36,013 nt of DNA from Candidatus Parcubacteria bacterium (GTDB taxonomy: Bacteria; Patescibacteriota; Minisyncoccia; Phycocordibacterales; PALSA-1337), in contig JAXDMJ010000012.1 in NCBI GenBank assembly GCA_034666165.1, forward strand, positions 1-36,013. Reading direction: 5' to 3'. Under the pieces are notes generated by a model. The model was not told the DNA's origin, did no database searches, and saw only the letters and a list, made by a program, of their open reading frames with translations. This document shows positions 33,020-36,013 of the stretch, in pieces. Position numbers and translations under genes: made by a program. The first letter of the stretch is position 1, and each line of letters opens with the position of its first letter.

Positions 33020-34453
33020 TTATGAAAGTTTTTCTATGAGCAGTTTTCTCGCTATTTCCGGATTCGCTGCTCCTTTCGTCATTTTCATGACTTGGCCGAT
33101 GAGATATTCTAATGACGTCGTTTTGCCTTTCTTGTACTCCGCCACGACGCTCTTGTGGTCGTCAATGACTTTCTGGACTGCCGGCCAGAGATCGGCTGAA
33201 TCGCTTTTCTGGATCAGTCCGTGCGCGGGGGCGAGAATGGGCGGCAGGGCGTCCTTTTCGCTGATAAGCAAGCTCAAAAGATCTTTCGCCCCGCGCGAAG
33301 AGATTTCGCCGCGGTGGATCATGCCGATCAGATCGGCGAACGACGCCGCGGGGATCGCGTTTCCCGGGTCGGCCCTGAGCTTAGAGAGATAATCAGTCAG
33401 CAGATAATTTATCGTCAATCTGACTTTGGCCTCGTCCTCGCGGTACATGACGATGATCAATTCGAAATATTCGGCGATCTCGGGCAGCTCGATCATCACG
33501 GCCGCTTCCTTGTCGGTCATATTGAAATCGCGCTTGAAACGCATGCGCTTGACCCAAGGCAATTCGGGGATTTCTTTTTCGAGGGATCGCGATCTAAATT
33601 CCGCGATCTCCGAAAGCCTGACTTTCGGGATATCGGGCTCTGGAAAGTAGCGATAGTCATCACTCGTTTCTTTGGCGCGCTGCGAAAATGTTTCTCCGGC
33701 GCGATCGTCCCAACCGCGCGTCTCTTGGAGAAGAGAGCCGCCGCTCGCTAAGAGGGAAGTCTGCCGCGCGGTCTCGAAGATGATCGCTCGCTCGATCGAG
33801 TTGAAGGAATTGAGATTTTTTATTTCGATCTTCCGTCCCAAGATTGTTTTCTCGGCGTCGCCTGGCGTCGAGACGGAAATATTCGCCTCGATGCGCATCT
33901 GGCCTTTTTCCATGTTTGCCTCGCCGGCATTCAGATAGCGTAAAAGTAGTTGCAGCTCTTTTGCGAATGAGACAGCCGTGCCGGCGTCATGGATGACGGG
34001 CTTGGTCACGAGCTCTAAGAGCGGCAGTCCGGCACGATTGAAGTTGATCAGGCTTTTTTGATGCGTATCGTGTGTGAGCTGCGCGGTGTCCTCCTCGAGA
34101 TGGATGCGCTCGATCGGCACCGAGGCGATTGACCCGCCATTAATCAGCGGATGTGCATACTGGCTGATCTGGTAGCCCTTGGGAATATCGGGATAGAAAT
34201 AATTTTTCCGGTCCCACTCAGTGAAGTCGGCCAGTGTACCGCCCGCGACCAGCCCGATTTTAAGGACGTGCCTGACGGCCTCCATATTTAGGACGGGCAG
34301 CGTGCCCGGATGCCCGAGACAGATCGGGCAGATGTTCAAGTTCGGCGTCTTTTCGTGGGGATCATTCTTGCATGAACAGAACATTTTGGAAGCCGTCTTC
34401 AGCTCCACGTGTATTTCGAGTCCGATCGTCGCAATATATTTGTTCTCAGCCAT
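33020..34453 (-). CDS. gatB: Asp-tRNA(Asn)/Glu-tRNA(Gln) amidotransferase subunit B
   Basis: IGLEIHVELKTASKMFCSC...PNLNICPICLGHPGTLPVLN...RKNYFYPDIPKGYQISQ...NRAGLPLLELVT. C-terminal YqeY-like tail LIGQVMKMTKGAANP. Confidence 0.95.
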   Translation of the reverse strand: MAENKYIATIGLEIHVELKTASKMFCSCKNDPHEKTPNLNICPICLGHPGTLPVLNMEAVRHVLKIGLVAGGTLADFTEWDRKNYFYPDIPKGYQISQYAHPLINGGSIASVPIERIHLEEDTAQLTHDTHQKSLINFNRAGLPLLELVTKPVIHDAGTAVSFAKELQLLLRYLNAGEANMEKGQMRIEANISVSTPGDAEKTILGRKIEIKNLNSFNSIERAIIFETARQTSLLASGGSLLQETRGWDDRAGETFSQRAKETSDDYRYFPEPDIPKVRLSEIAEFRSRSLEKEIPELPWVKRMRFKRDFNMTDKEAAVMIELPEIAEYFELIIVMYREDEAKVRLTINYLLTDYLSKLRADPGNAIPAASFADLIGMIHRGEISSRGAKDLLSLLISEKDALPPILAPAHGLIQKSDSADLWPAVQKVIDDHKSVVAEYKKGKTTSLEYLIGQVMKMTKGAANPEIARKLLIEKLS

Positions 34454-34465
34454 TGTATTGACGTA

Positions 34466-34474
34466 AGATTAGCA
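34466..34474 (-). promoter_or_regulatory. Extended -10 promoter element TGCTAATCT, 12 nt upstream of the gatB ATG
   Basis: Minus-strand reading of 34474->34466 is TGCTAATCT, then 12 nt, then ATG at 34453. Same spacing as secA. Confidence 0.35.
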
Positions 34475-34517
34475 GAAAAGGGAGCGATTAGAAATGAAAA
34501 GAGCAATGAAGATTCAG

Positions 34518-34778
34518 TTAATCGGTCAAATGCTGGACGATCAGCTTCTTCACCTGATTCTTCGTCGGCCTCTTACCTTTACTCTCTTCTATGTCCATGA
34601 CGAGCTTCTCAACGTCAGATAGCTTATAAACGCGATAATTATTGATCGGGTGGCGAGATGCGCAAAACTTGCCACTATTATCCCAATTACGCAAAGTTAA
34701 CGGCGTAACTCCCAGAATTTGGGCGGCCTTCTGAATGGTTATGAGTTTCGGCAATGAATGGTCCATGTAATCAGACAT
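34518..34778 (-). CDS. Small MerR/excisionase-type helix-turn-helix DNA-binding protein (86 aa)
   Basis: LITIQKAAQILGVTPLTLRNWDNSGKFCASRHPINNYRVYKLSDV matches the MerR-type HTH pattern. Its GC content is visibly lower than the neighbouring genes. Confidence 0.7.
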   Translation of the reverse strand: MSDYMDHSLPKLITIQKAAQILGVTPLTLRNWDNSGKFCASRHPINNYRVYKLSDVEKLVMDIEESKGKRPTKNQVKKLIVQHLTD

Positions 34779-34877
34779 TTATATACATTGATAACCCTTA
34801 TAAATTGGAGAGTATATCCAGTTCAATTCTATGCATATTTTTTAAGATGTATTAAGCACATATAATTTTTAATTCTT

Positions 34878-34899
34878 CTCGTGAATATTATATCACGAG
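34878..34899. promoter_or_regulatory. Perfect 7-bp inverted repeat CTCGTGA-N8-TCACGAG in an AT-rich divergent intergenic region (candidate operator)
   Basis: CTCGTGA (34878-34884), atattata, TCACGAG (34893-34899), located between two divergently oriented HTH genes. Confidence 0.35.
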
Positions 34900-35152
34900 G
34901 CGATCACGTTGCATGTGCATAAGTCTGTCAATTGTTCGTAAAAAGATAGGCTTTAGAATATATTTTGGCCGCGTAACGTACGCATTTTGGCATGGATTTG
35001 CACCTGGGGCATTTTAACGCTCCTGGCGGTGTCCGGATCATGCCGACAATTAGATCGTTCCAGACATCTCTTTCAATCCGTGCCTTTTTCAGAGGGGATG
35101 TGGTGCCGTTTTATTGTCCACAGATTTGCCGAAATTATGACGAAAAGACCGC

Positions 35153-35158
35153 TATAAT
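35153..35158 (+). promoter_or_regulatory. Consensus -10 hexamer TATAAT, 15 nt upstream of ATG 35174
   Basis: gcTATAATtatatgtaagaaattATG. The short leader carries no SD. Confidence 0.3.
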
Positions 35159-35173
35159 TATATGTAAGAAATT

Positions 35174-36013
35174 ATGAATGATAGTTTCAAAATAGAAGGA
35201 AGGTATTACATCTCGGCTAAGCGAGCTTCCGAAATATCGGATTATTCCGCTGATTACGTCGGTCAGCTTTGCAGAGGTAAGAAGGTTGATTGCCGGCGTA
35301 TCGGGCGCTCTTGGTATGTGACCGAGGAGTCTCTTAATCATCACATCGAGTTGGTATTGCAAGACGAAGTATATCGAAATCGCGTGATTAATTTGCGCGG
35401 CGGTAGGAAGGCGTTGGATTCTCATAAGAGGCGTGAGGCGTCAGGCGATGAGGCTTCGATCACATATGAAAGTGATCATCGCGATCTCTTGCCTCTGCTC
35501 TCGAATGTTCGTGATGAAACTAGAAAGCCGGAACGCGAATATGAACCGCTCGTGACTGTTCCCGAGCTTCCTGAGAGCGGGCGCTCGATTGTCTTGCGCC
35601 GTGTCGGCACCGGCGTCTTTGCGGTACTGCTTATTGTTGGCATCGTTCTGGCATCTTCATATGCGACTGGTCGGGTAAAGGAGATTGTGGCAGTTAATGC
35701 GCAATCAGCGGGAGTCTATGAAGTCGTGCAATCTATCGGTTCGTACTTCCGTCGCGGATATGAATCAGTCATCACGTTCTTCAGTCGCGGGCGGCCGCTG
35801 GCGAAGAACATTCCTGAAGCTGTTCCGTCGCCGGTAGCGGGAAGAGCGGCCCAGGGAGAGGGCATAGCTATTTCGCCGACAACCGGATCGGCCGGCAGCG
35901 ATGATCTGGCGAAGCAAAAGATCCGTGATTCGTTCTCCGATGCGGTCGATATCCGTCCCGACCAGAGCGGGACCACCGGCGTAATCACGCCGATCTTCAG
36001 GCAGGCTCGCGGC
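35174..36013 (+). CDS. Membrane-anchored helix-turn-helix protein (N-terminal excisionase/HTH_17-like domain, one TM helix, extracytoplasmic C-terminal region); 3' end lies outside the window
   Basis: Absent from the ORF track because it has no stop. I translated 280 codons by hand with no stop: MNDSFKIEGRYYISAKRASEISDYSADYVGQLCRGKKVDCRRIGRSWYVTEESL (HTH), a charged linker, TM GTGVFAVLLIVGIVLASSYA (about nt 35603-35662), then ...GIAISPTTGSAGSDDLAKQKIRDSFSDAVDIRPDQSGTTGVITPIF. Confidence 0.7.
   Translation, partial: MNDSFKIEGRYYISAKRASEISDYSADYVGQLCRGKKVDCRRIGRSWYVTEESLNHHIELVLQDEVYRNRVINLRGGRKALDSHKRREASGDEASITYESDHRDLLPLLSNVRDETRKPEREYEPLVTVPELPESGRSIVLRRVGTGVFAVLLIVGIVLASSYATGRVKEIVAVNAQSAGVYEVVQSIGSYFRRGYESVITFFSRGRPLAKNIPEAVPSPVAGRAAQGEGIAISPTTGSAGSDDLAKQKIRDSFSDAVDIRPDQSGTTGVITPIFRQARG

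Noticed and set aside
34779-35173. AT-rich spacer examined for a tRNA, tmRNA-like gene, CRISPR leader/array or replication origin
   Set aside because: There is no cloverleaf-compatible arms or T-loop (GTTCGAATC-like) sequence, no repeat-spacer periodicity, no DnaA-box clusters I could recognise, and no dnaA/dnaN nearby.
34518-36013. Calling the low-GC islet a mobile element or prophage remnant
   Set aside because: No integrase, transposase, terminal inverted repeats or flanking direct repeats are visible in the window. Excisionase-type HTH domains alone are not diagnostic. It is kept only as a hypothesis in the findings.
1-36013. Alternative genetic code (UGA recoding, as in some candidate-phyla lineages)
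   Set aside because: TGA cleanly terminates many well-conserved genes at the expected lengths (for example the ATGA junctions at 1770, 5775, 6818, 10465, 17426 and 29256). No conserved domain is interrupted by an in-frame stop.

Overview
GC-rich (by eye mid/high-50s % GC, not computed), densely packed bacterial chromosome segment using the standard code: TGA, TAA and TAG all end recognisable genes. The first ~23 kb is a cell-envelope glycan locus. It opens with a ~18-kb block of 18 co-directional, largely translationally coupled genes (1-18268): eight GT-B glycosyltransferases, one polyprenyl-phosphate-type GT2, a flippase-like LPG_synthase_TM protein, a GT-C (ArnT/PMT-like) membrane enzyme, an AsnB-type amidotransferase and six SAM methyltransferases. 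It is followed by an inverted FkbM methyltransferase, an orphan 229-aa protein, a Wzx-type flippase and a Wzy_C (O-antigen-ligase family)-TPR fusion. The remaining ~13 kb is mostly housekeeping: murB, a secreted six-bladed NHL propeller with a C-terminal peptidoglycan-binding domain, secA, an SDR sugar epimerase, a 52-aa zinc-ribbon micro-ORF, an MTH1/NUDT1-like Nudix hydrolase, an AI-2E permease, obg and gatB. It ends in a small low-GC islet with two divergent helix-turn-helix genes, one of which is membrane-anchored and truncated by the window edge. I saw no rRNA, tRNA, CRISPR array, transposase or integrase. The main candidate for something new is the methylation-heavy glycan assembly line (7 methyltransferases, 11 glycosyltransferase-class enzymes). 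It combines a Wzx / Wzy_C-TPR route with a split GT2 + flippase-like + GT-C lipid-carrier route. Smaller items are a recurring extended -10 motif placed so close to start codons that several units look leaderless, a candidate ~60-nt sRNA, and three short near-tandem duplications at gene boundaries. Gene content and architecture resemble Patescibacteria/CPR-type genomes, but that is inference only. All calls rest on reading motifs by eye; no searches were run.
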